A stretch of 64,000 nucleotides of DNA, taken from positions 153,698,001 to 153,762,000 of the forward strand of contig OZ024742.1 of NCBI GenBank assembly GCA_964016885.1, read 5' to 3'. How positions within the stretch are numbered: position 1 is the stretch's first letter; the number at the start of each line of letters is the position of its first letter. Of the stretch, positions 15,630 to 29,284 are shown piece after piece. The position numbers and the translations under genes are program-made. The DNA comes from Eledone cirrhosa. Taxonomy: Eukaryota. The notes under the pieces were generated by a model. That model had not been told where the DNA came from and did no database searches. It saw nothing but the letters and a program-made list of their open reading frames with translations.

Positions 15630-16343
15630 GCTTGAAACTAGTATAGCGTTCCTTTGTCAATGTTGAACAAAAGGGCAACGATGGTTGTTAAACAGTGTAC
15701 GGCTTAATTCGGGATGTTTGTTTACAAACACACCGAGAATTATAATAAATATTCGGTAAATCCATACGTGCATATATATATGTGTGCATGTATGTATATA
15801 TATACATACTACTGTACGTCTGTATACATATATATGTATGTACGTATTCATACTTGTATTTAAGTAACAGCCGTACTAAGAGTGAGAAATTAAATTTCGT
15901 TTCATTTTTTCCGTTTATCGTCTTCGGTGGGCCCGGCCGATTAACTCACTTGATATGCAAATTAGGCTGCTCAGCCGTTAATATGTATAAAAAAAGTATA
16001 TACTTTCAGACGTTCAACCATCTAGCAGGAAGATATACGGTGCTTGCGATAGCTAATACGCTTGAAACTAGTATATCGTTCCTTTGTCAGAGTGGAACGA
16101 AAGGGCAACGATGGTTGCTAAACACTGTTAAGCTTAATTCGGGATGTTTCTTTACAAACAAACCGAGCATTATAATAAATGTTCGGTAAATCCATACGTG
16201 CATGTATATATATATGTGCATGTATGTATATATATACATACTACTGTACGTCTGTATACATATATGTATGTACATATACATACTTATATTTAAGTAACAG
16301 CCGTACTAAGAGTGAGACATGAAATTTCGTTTCATTTGTTTCC

Positions 16344-16347
<4 letters not shown>
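15630..16347 (+). repeat. Partial tandem repeat (unit ~430 bp, ~1.7 copies) ending in (TA)n
   Basis: GCTTGAAACTAGTATA.CGTTCCTTTGTCA... starts at 15630 and again at 16060; both copies run to TTTCCGTTTAT. Confidence 0.85.
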
Positions 16348-16409
<62 letters not shown>

Positions 16410-16410
<1 letters not shown>

Positions 16411-16690
16411 CAAAAGGGATATTTAAATTGTTGGTAATGCAACAAAAATATGTATGTTTATAACTGATTGGAAGCACTCGACAACTTTCTGGAGTATAAT
16501 ATAAATGATATTAAATAAATGGAATCTATATTTATGAAACCATATGTATTCTATTATATATATTTCAAGGGTACCAGATACAATACAAAGTTTGATTTAA
16601 AATATTAACATATCCAGGAAGGAGATCTTAACGTTTCATGTTTTTCCTGGATAGTAAAATAAAATAGGGGAAAGAGAGGAACATTCAAAT
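16410..16690 (-). mobile_element. PLE pLTR fragment related to 51332-51575
   Basis: TATTAAATAAATGGAA.CTATATTTAT.AAACCATAT...ATTATATATATTTCA.GG is shared with 51338-51397; flanked by (TA)n. Confidence 0.6.
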
Positions 16691-16812
16691 ATTTAAAATT
16701 ATTAAGAGTATAAATTATTTTTAAAAAAATGTTATTTTTACTCGTTAGCTAGATTTAAGTAGTTATTAGGATATATATATGTGTAGGAAGAAGAAAGAGA
16801 AAGAAAGAAAAG

Positions 16813-16870
<58 letters not shown>

Positions 16871-17663
16871 TATGATGTGTAAGTTTCTCTTAAGTCTCAT
16901 TCTAAAAACTATGTTTCATCTCACAGCAGACTCAGTTATTTCGCTTTCACAACCAAATCGAGTTATTTCTAAAGAAATCATCTATTTTCTGCTAGCTACA
17001 ACAATATTATTCCATCAGCCGATATACAGCCATCCATGCATGGATACTCACACATAAATACGTACATAGACACACAAATAAAAACTTATATAAATATATA
17101 TATAGATATTCTCATATATATAATCGTGAATAGCAACTCAAACACATACATGTCTGTGTTCATGTGGGAATTTGTGCATGCATATTGTGGCCGTGTGTGT
17201 GTTTAAATAGATACTGGTGATCACTAAATTCATTTGTCTTTCATTGAATGGCGATAACAACAGAAACGATGTAAGCCACAGAAGAAAAATATAAAAATAA
17301 AACATAATACAAATGATCGACAACAAGATAACTGTAATATACAATTCTCTCTTTTTTTTTACTTTGTTCCTATGCAATATAAGAATAAAAAAACATTTGT
17401 TATCTAAGAGAACATTATGTGCGAAGAGATCAAACAATGTCTGTTATTCTTGCCGGCGTTGGACAGTATATTTAAAAATAAACGATAATATGACACTGTC
17501 AGTTCCTACAGATTTTCACTTATTCAAATATAGTATACACATAATGATATCATATGATATGGATGGAAATAAGCTCAGTGTTTCGCTGTGTGACATCGGC
17601 AGACATACACAATACGTATATATCCTTTTGAAAACAATCACCTATAACTCTCACACTTTCTCT

Positions 17664-17863
<200 letters not shown>

Positions 17864-18454
17864 ATATGATGTATGTAGGTAGGTATGGATCAAGGTATAG
17901 ACATTTATAGATAGATTCAAATAATAAGCAAACACCCATACCGTTATATACACACCTACAAATGCGCGTGTTTTTGTGCAAGACAGAAATATCTATCATG
18001 AATACCATATTAAGTGGGTCTACATTTAAAACGATATTTATTATTTATTATTTTCTATTTTTTCCCATGCCTCATTATGTGTATGGACGAGAATATATAA
18101 TCCAAAACAATCGGGAACATCTCATTTAATACCCTCCAATTCATCTAAACCTGTAGTTTTATTTTCATGCTGCTTTCTGACTATGAAACTATTCAGATCG
18201 CTTTGTAAATTATTTCTTGCTGATAAAACATTAACATCTTTGCTCTAAATTTATCTGAATGTGTATTGTCAGTCCAATATATTGTCTATCATGGGAAGGT
18301 AGGAAAAGCATTCTCACTAATTATCTCGACATAGATATATATTATTTCTTGCTATTTTTGACAACTCGACTTCGTTTGAAGATGTTGAGCTAATGTGCAC
18401 AAATATAATACATCAGTATTTGAATTGTTGACCGCAATTTAGGACACATACGCA

Positions 18455-18485
<31 letters not shown>

Positions 18486-18701
18486 GTGCACCCCCCCCCC
18501 CCCACACACATACACACACACTCACAAACTCATGCACAAACACTCACAAACTCATGCACAAACACTCTCATATATATACGATTTATATATGTATATATAC
18601 AAATATATTTATATATATATATAAATACATACATATATATAACATATATATAAATATGTATATATGTGTGAATGTATATATAAATATGTTCATATTTGTG
18701 C

Positions 18702-18787
<86 letters not shown>

Positions 18788-18885
18788 TTATGTAAGTGTA
18801 TGCAAAAATTAAGCAAAAATAACAAAGTAAACTACACATTACATTTAAAATCTATTATTTGAACGCTTGAAATAACAGGAAAAGT

Positions 18886-18918
18886 GTCTTAATGTTTCGG
18901 ACACAAGTCCTTCATAAT
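18886..18918 (-). ncRNA. Degenerate hammerhead ribozyme
   Basis: Reverse complement: ..TTATGA-A-GGAC ttgt GTCC-GAAA-CAT-TA-AGAC; CUG of the core is lost. Confidence 0.45.
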
Positions 18919-19000
18919 TAAATAGAATTGCAATTAAAATAAAAAATTAAAATATGAAGTGGGAAAAGAGGAAAGAACGGAGAAAATGGTAAAAAAACAG

Positions 19001-19067
<67 letters not shown>

Positions 19068-19138
19068 AATGTGTGTGTGTGATGTATTTTATATATATAT
19101 ATATATATACATATATAATATGTGTGTATGATATAATT

Positions 19139-19204
<66 letters not shown>

Positions 19205-20302
19205 TGGGCAGTGGGTGCATGTGTGTCTGCATATGTGCATATATGTATATTAATCGACCATCACATGATGATAACTACTATACTATCATGGATTCTTCAA
19301 TCTTTGGGGGCGAACTGTAAATTAAAAGCACTGGTAAATCGATGTCCATAGATGTCTACATATATTGCAGAATATATTTTGCAGAGACAATGCAATACGT
19401 TTTGGTATAGTTGTTTGTCCTTTTCCGCCATTACCTACATCTAATTCAGTTTTGCTGTATTTATCTCTTTTTCTGAAGTGAATTCGTATATTCCTTTACC
19501 CGTAGTTTACTATTCCGACCCAGCCGTTATTCCGGCAACTTATTTCGTAGAGAAATCGTTTGGTGATACCGTATATCGTACATTTGGATGTTCTTTTTTT
19601 ATAGCTTTCGTTGTACAGCACTTCCTTGTAGATTTCAGTATCATCATTATGAATGACATTTCCTACATAGCGAAGATGCGATCCCAACAGGATAGACTTA
19701 ACAATAGAAATATATGCGTGTTGCAGGACTATTTGAAGCTGGCGCTATTGGCTGTTCATATGCATTTACATGTGTTGACGAGAGAGTGTGTAGTTCCTGG
19801 TGCCTTCTTTTTTCTGTTTTTCTCGCTGATGTTTCAGACACTTTCATGTTATCCTTATAAACATATGTGTACTTAATCTATATATTTGAAATAGATGTAT
19901 TTCTATTACAGATGCTCTTCTAATACTAACCCTCTATTATGAAAATGTGCTACCATGTTAAGGCGTCATACACTCATTGATGCTGGCAATATATATGTTG
20001 GGGTTGTGAGGCAAAGATCAGTAAATAAAGAAAACCTTCCGAAAAAAAGTAGTGTCGATGCCACTGCTGTTTTTAAGGGCTGGATAGTGTGAGTATATGC
20101 GCACTTATATAACTGTGTATTAGTGTGTGCTAATACATATAGGTTGGTTGACTCATATCTGGCTATATAACCGATCTCTGGATCATTACAAGGCTTTGCT
20201 GTGTTGCCACAGCAACAAACCGCCGGTTTGACTTATAGATATACATCTATAAATCTTTAGTTAAAATACCCATTGGTATCTGACAAGTAACCCATTTAGA
20301 TA

Positions 20303-20482
20303 ATTGTTTCTACTTTTTGGCACAAGGCCAGCAATTAACCCAGTGTATTACTCGTACTTTATTTTATCGACCTCGTAAGGATGAAAGGCAAAGTTAACCT
20401 CGGCGGAATTTGAATTCAGTCCGTAAAGGGACGTAATTGTGCTGCAAAAAGCATGGCGTCCGACCCTCTACCGATACTGCCA
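20303..20482 (-). mobile_element. tRNA-derived SINE copy
   Basis: Homologous to 881-1062 and 63490-63675. Confidence 0.85.
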
Positions 20483-21380
20483 AAATAGCAAATAAGGTGC
20501 ATGCATTTGGCCACGTTTGATAAGAAAAATAAGCCCAAACAGAACATACCTTCCAAGGAAAATAAACATATATAGGCAGTTAAATCCCATACTATACCAT
20601 CACAACACCTTGCCTATCACGATAAAGACAGTGAACTAGTTCTAATCGGATCTAAATACCCTATAGTGGTACAGTGTGTCCATAAGGACAGTTAAATACT
20701 CATTGAAGACAACAATCAAATAGTCCAATTTTGAGAATGATCTAGAGATCTCTAATTTCTAATTTCAATCTCTAGTTTCAATCCCCCACTTTTTCAAACA
20801 AATCTGACATCATTTCAAACATATCAGACACGGAGCATTGTTAATAAAAAAAGAACTTGCTGGAAATATACCACGGAATTTACATTTTATCACGAACTGG
20901 TAGTAGAGAATCAATTCTATGTTCTTGTGGTGATTTCAAAGAACTATTTGGCCTAATTGTTCCAATGTAAAAAGTATCACTTAGAGAGAGAGTACATATT
21001 GAAGCTGATCATTAAAAAAGCACCGAGAAGGGAGATGTAATATATTGTAAAATATATACTAACTATAAACAAAATATGTTATGCTTCTTTGGCATCCAGT
21101 TGGCTTTTCCTATATAAATTACTTATTTTATTTTACTTTATTCCATTTTTAGAATAAATAAATAAGCAGCTGTTTCTATCATTATCTATATATGTAAATA
21201 TATGTGCACACATCCGTACACACATACACACACGCAAATACACACACATACACACACACCCATATATATATATATATATATAGTAGTAGAACACTGGAAG
21301 GTAATATCCGTAGTGGTAGAGCACTCAGTCCATGGGACGAGTTAGGTAGAAGTGGTTACAAAACAGTTAATTCACCATAC

Positions 21381-21418
21381 CGAGAACAATTGTTTCACCT
21401 TAGCGGATCCTCAGCTCG
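21381..21418 (-). ncRNA. Minimal type I hammerhead ribozyme (family A)
   Basis: Reverse complement: CGAG-CTGAGGA-tCC gctaa GGt-GAAA-CAATTG-TT-CTCG. Confidence 0.8.
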
Positions 21419-22469
21419 TAATGAACATGGTTATACGGAAGAGGAAGGACAACCGTACGAACGCGCATGCGCAGAAAGGATCACTTCACAGAGGCAATAC
21501 TAAAATGCGTGCAAGAGGGGTAAGGGAGATAACTGCGACAGTTCGAAAAATTTCTAGTTGATAAGAAAATTAGGATGTTGTTGTAATTCAATCCGGAGCT
21601 TTCTAGTTACGTAAGAGGTGTTTCGAGACGTGTTGACAGCGTATGAAGAATTCATTTCTCGTGTTTAGGCAATAGCTATTGCATAATATCTTAAGAATAT
21701 TTATTCGTTCAGCGATACATAGTACACACGACGGATTTCCCCTTGCGTATGGCGTGGACTTAGACATGGCTTTCCATTGAATGGAGTAGTCTATACTTGA
21801 CTGCTTGAGGGACCATACGTGACTCGCGAGTTTCGTGTATGAACGTCTGTTCGGGTTCCTAATGGTCGACTGTTGGTTGAGGAAGGGTTCCTTAAATCGG
21901 CCCTCCGCCATTCCCACATAGGATTTGACCTCCTGTGGTTACCCAAATCAACCACAGGAGGTCAAATCCTATGTGGTTATGGTGGAGGGCCGATTTAAGG
22001 AACGCTTCCTGACTCCCCAGTCGATCTTTAGGTACCCGGACAGACGTTCATCCACGAAACTCGCGAGCCACGTATGATCCCTCAAGGGGTCAAGTATAGA
22101 GTACTCCATTCAATGGAAAACCATCACTACAGGCCAAGCCATACGCAAAGGGAAATCCGTCGTGTGGACTATGTATTGATGAACGAATAAATATTCTAAA
22201 GAGATTATGCAATAGCAATTGCCTAGTCACGAGAAATGCATTTTTCACACGTTGTCCACACGTCTCGAATCACCTCTTAAATAACTACAAAGCTACGGAT
22301 TGAATTACAACATCCTAATTTTCTTATCAACTAGACATTTTTCAAACTTTCACAGTTATCTCCCTTACACCTCTCGCACGCATTTTATTATTGCCTCTGT
22401 GAAATGATCGTTTCTGCGCATGCGCATTCGTACGGTTGTCCTTCCTGTTCCGTATAACCATGTCCATTA

Positions 22470-22507
22470 CGAGCTGACGATCCGATAAGGTGAAACAATT
22501 ATGCTCG
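22470..22507 (+). ncRNA. Minimal hammerhead ribozyme (family A, partly mutated)
   Basis: CGAG-CTGACGA-tCC gataa GGt-GAAA-CAATTA-TG-CTCG. Confidence 0.65.
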
Positions 22508-22537
22508 ATGTGGTGAACTAACTGTTGTGTAAACTCT

Positions 22538-22624
<87 letters not shown>

Positions 22625-22774
22625 AATGTGTATTCCAAAGTTACTAAGTAGTTGCATTGGATGGAGTCAACCGACGTCAGGATTGCTCAACGTATAATAA
22701 AGTGTGTTTCAAAATCCGGAGAAAATATGGAGAAGAAGTTTATGAAATGGAAATGCGGGTATAAAGAATTTATT

Positions 22775-22891
22775 AGGTAACAAGTGTTTCTATAGTGTAT
22801 GGGTTACCTATACCTCGCTATTTGAATAATATAAAAATATTATCATAAACCGAAGGTACACTGTAAGCAGACACACCATGTCGTCAGACCT
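22775..22891 (-). ncRNA. Hammerhead ribozyme with ~90-nt stem II
   Basis: Reverse complement: AGGT-CTGACGA-[90 nt hairpin]-GAAA-CACTTG-TT-ACCT. Confidence 0.65.
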
Positions 22892-23298
22892 TTGTATTGG
22901 AATGATATGAAAATATTTTATACACTAGATAAAAGAGAAAGAAGGAGGTCGGAAGAGAAGGGGAAGAGGGAAGTGAGTAAAGGGGGAGTCCTAGGATTTA
23001 AGACTGTCAGACTAGTAGAGATTGTAAGGAGAGAATGTTTTGGCAGCAGTTAGCTTAATGAGGCGTGTTAGGGTTGGCGGGGGAAGTAAATTCTTCTAGT
23101 GGTGTTGTTCGGACAAAATGTAGTTAAAGGGGTCAAACAGGTACAGAGTTACAGACAAGTTATTGGGGCTATTATAGTAGCAGGTTATTTCTAAAGGGGT
23201 CCAGAAAACAGTGTTTAGTACTATTATTATAGAAAGCCATATCTTGTGTATAAACATATAAAAGAGAAATTTGCAAACGGTGGTGTAAAAAGGTAACA

Positions 23299-24499
23299 TT
23301 ATATGCATTTAAAAAAAGAAAAAGTCGTTTTCAAACGATGGTTACAGTATAGTGAACGTTCAATTTTGCTGTTCAAAAGTTTGTTTACCGACGTTAAAAT
23401 GCAGTATATCTCCAAATTGCATAACTTGCAGAATCGATGATTTTGCTTATATGCAGGCGCAGCAGCAATAATTTGCCAATCAACGGAGTATGCTTGATTG
23501 TTCCTCCGGAGCTGCCAGGCTTTATCGGCGAGGGTTGTTACGGAGCGCATTTTCTCGTGCCTGATCGAAGATCGATGTTGGTATAGGCGAGCTTTGAAAG
23601 AAGTTGCGGTACATCCGACGTAATACCATTTGTTGGTTCCGGAATTTATTGTACATCGGTAGACAATATTGATTGCTAGGCACTGGTTATTCAGTGGGCA
23701 CGTACCTGGTTTGGTGCAGTTACAATTATTCTTATGTTTTGCAGTAGAATCCTGGATAGTTTGGTGGGGTTGTAGTTGCGTGTTAGTGCGTTGTATGTTG
23801 CTATGCTGGTGCGCTGAGTCATTAGGGATGTACTTATTTAGTATTGCTGAGTTGAGCTTTTTAATTAGTTGTTCTATGTTAGGTGCAGTGGAGTATGAGA
23901 GTCTAATGGTGCGCGAGTTAAAGATTTTATAGTATTTATGTGAAGTTGTAAAGTGTTTATTGATTAGTGTATAGAATTGTGAGATAATCTTAGTGCTAAT
24001 AGAAGTATTGTACACGGGGTTATACCATATGTACTCTCTACGTCTGACTCTAGTTGCTGGTTTGCACCTATTAGTATGCCTATTGATGTGTGTGTGGTGC
24101 AATACTAGTTCGACTTAGATGTGTTTTATTCATAGTACTTATGTGGTTATCGTCTAGATATTCTATTTTCTCGCAGTAACCAGCTTTTCTAAGTGCGTCA
24201 TTATAATATTCAGCATGCTCGTTGAAGGTCTGCAAATTAGACGACAGTCGAGAGATCCTTATGGATATATTTTTAGGGATAGATTTAATAATGGAATGGG
24301 GATGGTTCGATTTTACATTAACGTATTTGAGATTTTCATTAAGTTTGTGAAATGGCTCTATATTACCGTTATTAAGGTTGAAGGTGACATCCAAGAAGTT
24401 GACCAAATTAAGATTGTGTTCGAAGGTAATATTAAGCCCTAGTTCTAAGAAAAGTTTCCTAATGTTTTTACGTCGCCTTTCTAGGTTTTGTTTGTTCAT
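23299..24499 (-). pseudogene. Frameshifted copy of the PLE RT-thumb/GIY-YIG ORF (left arm)
   Basis: ORFs 24080-24499 and 23299-24102 together match the 400-aa ORF; one CA unit is missing in the short (CA)n run near 24090. Confidence 0.9.
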
Positions 24500-24579
24500 A
24501 TTCTTGACTAATAGAAGTGTATCCTACGGACCTCCACGGCTGAATTGACCGCGACGATACACTTCTATTAGTCAAGAAT

Positions 24580-25782
24580 ATGAACAAACAAAACCTAGAA
24601 AGGCGACATAAAAACATTAGGAAACTTTTCTTAGAACTAAGACTTAATATTACCTTCGAATACAATCTTAAGGTAGTCAACTTCTTGGATGTCACCTTCA
24701 ATCTTAATAACGGTAATATAGAGCCATTTCACAAACTTAATGAAAATCTCAAGTACGTTAATGTAAAATCGAACCATCCCCATTCCATTATTAAATCTAT
24801 CCCTAAACATATATCCATAAGGATCTCCCGACTCTCGTCTAATTTGCAGACCTTCAACGAGCATGCTGAATATTATAATGACGCACTTAGAAAAGCTGGT
24901 TACTGCGAGAAAATAGAATATTTAGACGATAACCACATAAGTACTATGAATAAAACACATCTAAGTCGAACTAGTATTGCACCACACACACACATTAATA
25001 GGCATACTAATAGGTGCAAACCAGCAAATAGAGTCAGACGTAGAGAGTACATATGGTATAACCCCGTGTACAATACTTCTATTAGCACTAAGATTATCTC
25101 ACAATTCTATACACTAATCAATAAACACTTTACAACTTCACATAAATACTATAAAATCTTTAACTCGCGCACCATTAGACTCTCATACTCCACTGCACCT
25201 AACATAGAACAACTAATTAAAAAGCTCAACTCAGCAATACTAAATAAGTACATCCCTAATGACTCAGCGCACCAGCATAGCAACATACAACGCACTAACA
25301 CGCAACTACAACCCCACCAAACTATCCAGGATTCTACTGCAAAACATAAGAATAATTGTAACTGCACCAAACCAGGTACGTGCCCACTGAATAACCAGTG
25401 CCTAGCACGCAATATTGTCTACCGATGTACAATAAATTCCGGAACCAACAAATGGTATTACGTCGGATGTACCGCAACTTCTTTCAAAGCTCGCCTATAC
25501 CAACATCGATCTTCGATCAGGCACGAGAAAATGCGCTCCGTAACAACCCTCGCCGATAAAGCCTGGCAGCTCCGGAGGAACAATCAAGCATTCTCCGTTG
25601 ATTGGCAAATTATTGCTGCTGCGCCTGCATATAAGCAAAATCATCGATTCTGCAAGTTATGCAATTTGGAGATATACTGCATTTTAACGTCGGTAAACAC
25701 ACTTTTGAACAGCAAAATTGAACGTTCACTATACGGTAACCATCGTTTGAAAACGATTTTTTCTTTTTTTAAATGCATATAA
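24580..25782 (+). CDS. 5'-truncated PLE polyprotein (RT C-terminal part/thumb, linker, Cys-rich GIY-YIG endonuclease); resembles the Hydra-type C-terminal EN+ PLEs
   Basis: Preceded in frame by DRDD (RT catalytic motif region); VNFLDVTFNL, YVNVKSNHP, IWYNPVYN, CNCTKPGTCPLNNQC, IVYRC..WYYVGCT..FKARLYQH, CKLCNLE. The clade assignment is an inference from recall. Confidence 0.85.
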   Translation: MNKQNLERRHKNIRKLFLELRLNITFEYNLKVVNFLDVTFNLNNGNIEPFHKLNENLKYVNVKSNHPHSIIKSIPKHISIRISRLSSNLQTFNEHAEYYNDALRKAGYCEKIEYLDDNHISTMNKTHLSRTSIAPHTHINRHTNRCKPANRVRRREYIWYNPVYNTSISTKIISQFYTLINKHFTTSHKYYKIFNSRTIRLSYSTAPNIEQLIKKLNSAILNKYIPNDSAHQHSNIQRTNTQLQPHQTIQDSTAKHKNNCNCTKPGTCPLNNQCLARNIVYRCTINSGTNKWYYVGCTATSFKARLYQHRSSIRHEKMRSVTTLADKAWQLRRNNQAFSVDWQIIAAAPAYKQNHRFCKLCNLEIYCILTSVNTLLNSKIERSLYGNHRLKTIFSFFKCI

Positions 25783-26192
25783 TGTTACCTTTTTACACCA
25801 CCGTTTGCAAATTTCTCTTTTATATGTTTATACACAAGATATGGCTTTCTATAATAATAGTACTAAACACTGTTTTCTGGACCACTTTAGAAATAACCTG
25901 CTACTATAATAGCCCCAATAACTTGTCTGTAACTCTGTACCTGTTTGACCCCTTTAACTAAATTTTGTCCGAACAACACCACTAGATGAATTTACTTCCC
26001 CCGCCAACCCTAACACGCCTCATTAAGCTAACTACTGCCAAAACATTCTCTCCTTACAATCTCTACTGGTCTGACAGTCTTAAATCCTAGGACTCCCTCC
26101 CCCTTACTCACTTCCCTCTTCCCCTTCTCCTCCGACCTCCTTCTTTCTCTTTTATCTAGTGTATAAAATATTTTCATATCATTCCAATACAA

Positions 26193-26309
26193 AGGTCTGA
26201 CGACATGGTGTGTCTGCTTACAGTGTACCTTCGGTTTATGATAATATTTTTATATTATTCAAATAGCGAGGTATAGGTAACCCATACACTATAGAAACAA
26301 TTGTTGCCT
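26193..26309 (+). ncRNA. Hammerhead ribozyme with ~90-nt stem II
   Basis: AGGT-CTGACGA-cATGGTGTGT..TACCTTCG..CGAGGTA..ATACACTATa-GAAA-CAATTG-TT-GCCT. Confidence 0.7.
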
Positions 26310-26352
26310 AATAAATTCTTTATACCCGCATTCTATTTCATAAACTTCTTCT

Positions 26353-26400
<48 letters not shown>

Positions 26401-26406
<6 letters not shown>

Positions 26407-26617
26407 TAAAATAACATTTTAAAGTTTAAGCAAAGAATCGCTGCTTTCACCCTTGACGGGATCTTCTGAAGATCCCGTTAAGGGTGAAAGCAGCGAATCT
26501 TTGCTTACACTTTAATCTGTTATTTTCATAAATATTTGTTCTACGGTTCTTACATATCTGATATATATTATCCTTATCGAGCCCTCATTGGATTTTAGTC
26601 TTCAAATTTATTATTAT

Positions 26618-26620
<3 letters not shown>
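26401..26620. mobile_element. Short fold-back pLTR element with its apex on a hammerhead core
   Basis: Arms 26401-26466 and 26468-26535; apex ATCTTC-T-GAAGAT; + strand reads CTGAAGA-tCCC gttaa GGGt-GAAA; flanked by (TA)n. Confidence 0.8.
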
Positions 26621-26683
<63 letters not shown>

Positions 26684-26697
26684 GGAGAGAGAGAGAG

Positions 26698-27330
26698 AAT
26701 TAGTATATCTACCAACATATGTATACAGATTTATACACATGCTAGCAAATATATATGTTATGTCTTAGTACCTTTGTGGTTCTATGCAGGGGGATGCAGA
26801 AAAATTATATGAAAGACGTAAAATAAGAAAGTTTTAAAATTAAAAATTAACTTACTAAAATTTTCACTCCAACTAATTAGTTTCTGTAAGGGAGTAAATA
26901 TACTTACGTAATATAACTACAGAGAATTACTTACGTCATCAGGGAGTCTATTCTCAGCTAAGTTCCCAGGCAATGCGCGGACACTAGGAACCCATATAAA
27001 AATAATAATTCAGTGGATGGAACAAAGCTAGCGGGGACTAAATTCCAGAGCACTGACCCGTAGGGAGTGACTTTTTTTCAGTGCTCTGGAATTTAGTCCC
27101 CGCTAGCTTTGTTCCATCCACTTAATTATTATTTTTATATGGGTTCCTAGTGTCCGCGCATTGCCTGGAAACATAGCTGAGAATAGACTCCCAGATGACG
27201 TAAGGAATTCTCTGTAGTTATATTACGTAACTATATTTACTCCCTTACAGAAACTAATTAGTTGGAGTGAACATTTTAGTAAGTAAATTAATTTTTAATT
27301 TTAAAATGTTCTTATTTTACGTCTTTGATA
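26698..27330. mobile_element. Fold-back non-coding element with a hammerhead in each arm
   Basis: Arms ~26807-27056 and 27078-27331; hammerheads at 26866-26947 (-) and 27187-27268 (+); same family as 50275-51290. Confidence 0.9.
26866..26947 (-). ncRNA. Hammerhead ribozyme with ~50-nt stem II
   Basis: Reverse complement: ACTCC-CTGATGA-cGTAAG...CTTACa-GAAA-CTAATTAG-TT-GGAGT. Confidence 0.8.
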
Positions 27331-27350
27331 TATATATATATATATATATA

Positions 27351-27398
<48 letters not shown>

Positions 27399-27575
27399 CA
27401 AATATATATATATAAATACATATAACATGTTACTCCTTTGGTTAAGTCTCTTTTATGCACATAAAATGTGTATTAAGATAATATAAACGTGAATTGCTAC
27501 AATATTACACACAGACACAGACACAGACACCACACTCACACACCCACACCCACACATATACATATATATAGACAT

Positions 27576-27683
<108 letters not shown>

Positions 27684-29284
27684 GTAAGTATATATACATA
27701 TATGTATGTGTGTGTGTATGTTTGTATATATTTGATTATATATATCTGTAATTTTACTTGAAATAAAATTAAACCTTCAGTAACTTCTCATATTACAATG
27801 CATACACAATAGTGGCAATTTCTTTTAAAATATTTCGATAGACGTTATAGTCTGACATTGTAAAATATATTTAAGAAAAACAGAATCAATAATCCTATAC
27901 TGTTTTTTTTTTCGCACTATCGATTTTTTCTTTGTAAGTTATCACTTATTGATGTATTTAACGTCACGGAGCTTTTTTTCAATATTCGAATATTTTAGCT
28001 ACTGCAGAATATCGAACATGTCTAAATTCAGGATGAAATTCCGTTTGTTTGCTGAAATATTAGATTGAGTATTCTTAGTTTATTATGAATAATGCACATT
28101 TTTAGTACAAATTGATTTCATTCTACAAATATTTCTTTACCTTGGATAAGATTTTGCCTAATTTCTTAACAACAAGCAATGTGGATATTTTTTTTTTTCA
28201 ACAAAGCATTAACACTCCACATATTTAGTATGCATATTTTGCTAAATATTGTTCCTTTTTCACAGACCGGATTTGGTCTCATAATTCTTATTTAATTGTA
28301 TGTGATTTGTGTCCCGTATTTTACTCGTATATACATCGTACCTCTGTAAAAGTTAATGTTAAATAGCTTGTAAATAAAGAGAAACGTATTTACGCTTTGA
28401 TAAAATTGCAGGTCAGTTAAATTTATATATAGGTTCATCCTCCGATTCTTTTTATGCGACATATTTTTTATGTACACTAAATAAATCAAATAATTAAAAA
28501 AATCAGAGATTGATTTTTAAAAATTAAAATTTGACAGAATAATATTGAATATGAATATAATTCTCCATTTTTTTTTCTGTTGATTTGAAAATGACTCTGC
28601 GTGAAAATTGGTTATTACATACTTATTGCTCTGGCATAATTTATTGGGAACTCACAAAAGAAACCTATTCAATAACCAATTTATGTTGATGGATTGGATA
28701 CCATAAGGTATCAGTTGTCTAAATATTCAAGACATTGGTTCACTACTCCCGATTTCACAACAATGATGGAACATAAATCGGTAACTCTCTTCCAATTATT
28801 AGAAATGCTCCACGTCCTTGCTTGCATTGTGAAATCTGTATCTTTGTGTTAAATAATTTGTAATTAGCATTGTTACAAATTATTGAATATGACATACGAA
28901 AGTTGCTCTTTTCAAATGAGAGGACCTTTAAAAACCTCGATCGGCTTACAAAAACACAGGGAAGCGATTTTCCCATTGATTCAGATGCTCACTTTGTTGG
29001 TTCCTACAACAGTGAAAAGCCAGCCCTTTAAAAATAATTATTACTTGCATACGTGATTTAATAAAACTTAAAACCAAATTCCTCTATATTTTTTACACAT
29101 TTTATAATATATTCCTGTATATACTATATCTAAAGCCAAACTTGATATTCATAACTGGAACAATTTATGTGCAGTTTTACTCGACAAAAATCACCAGCCA
29201 GTAGCGCTATGTGACACCAACAGCTGCTGTTTGAACCGAGCAAACCATTCTCATAACATCACACCACCATTATACACACCTCAC

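Larger units (their letters stand above)
21283..22541. mobile_element. Fold-back (head-to-head) pair of PLE family A 3' ends (GIY-YIG plus pLTR)
   Basis: Arms ~21345-21940 and 21950-22541; apex TCCTGTGGTT-acccaaatc-AACCACAGGA; GIY-YIG ORF 21603-21917 (-); flanked by (TA)n and (TC)n(TA)n. Confidence 0.9.
22621..26358. mobile_element. Young 3.7-kb fold-back PLE insertion (two ~1.8-kb inverted arms, 32-nt spacer)
   Basis: Arms 22725-24523 and 24556-26358 are near-identical reverse complements; the left arm has a ~100-nt extra tail; both ends abut (TA)n. Confidence 0.95.
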
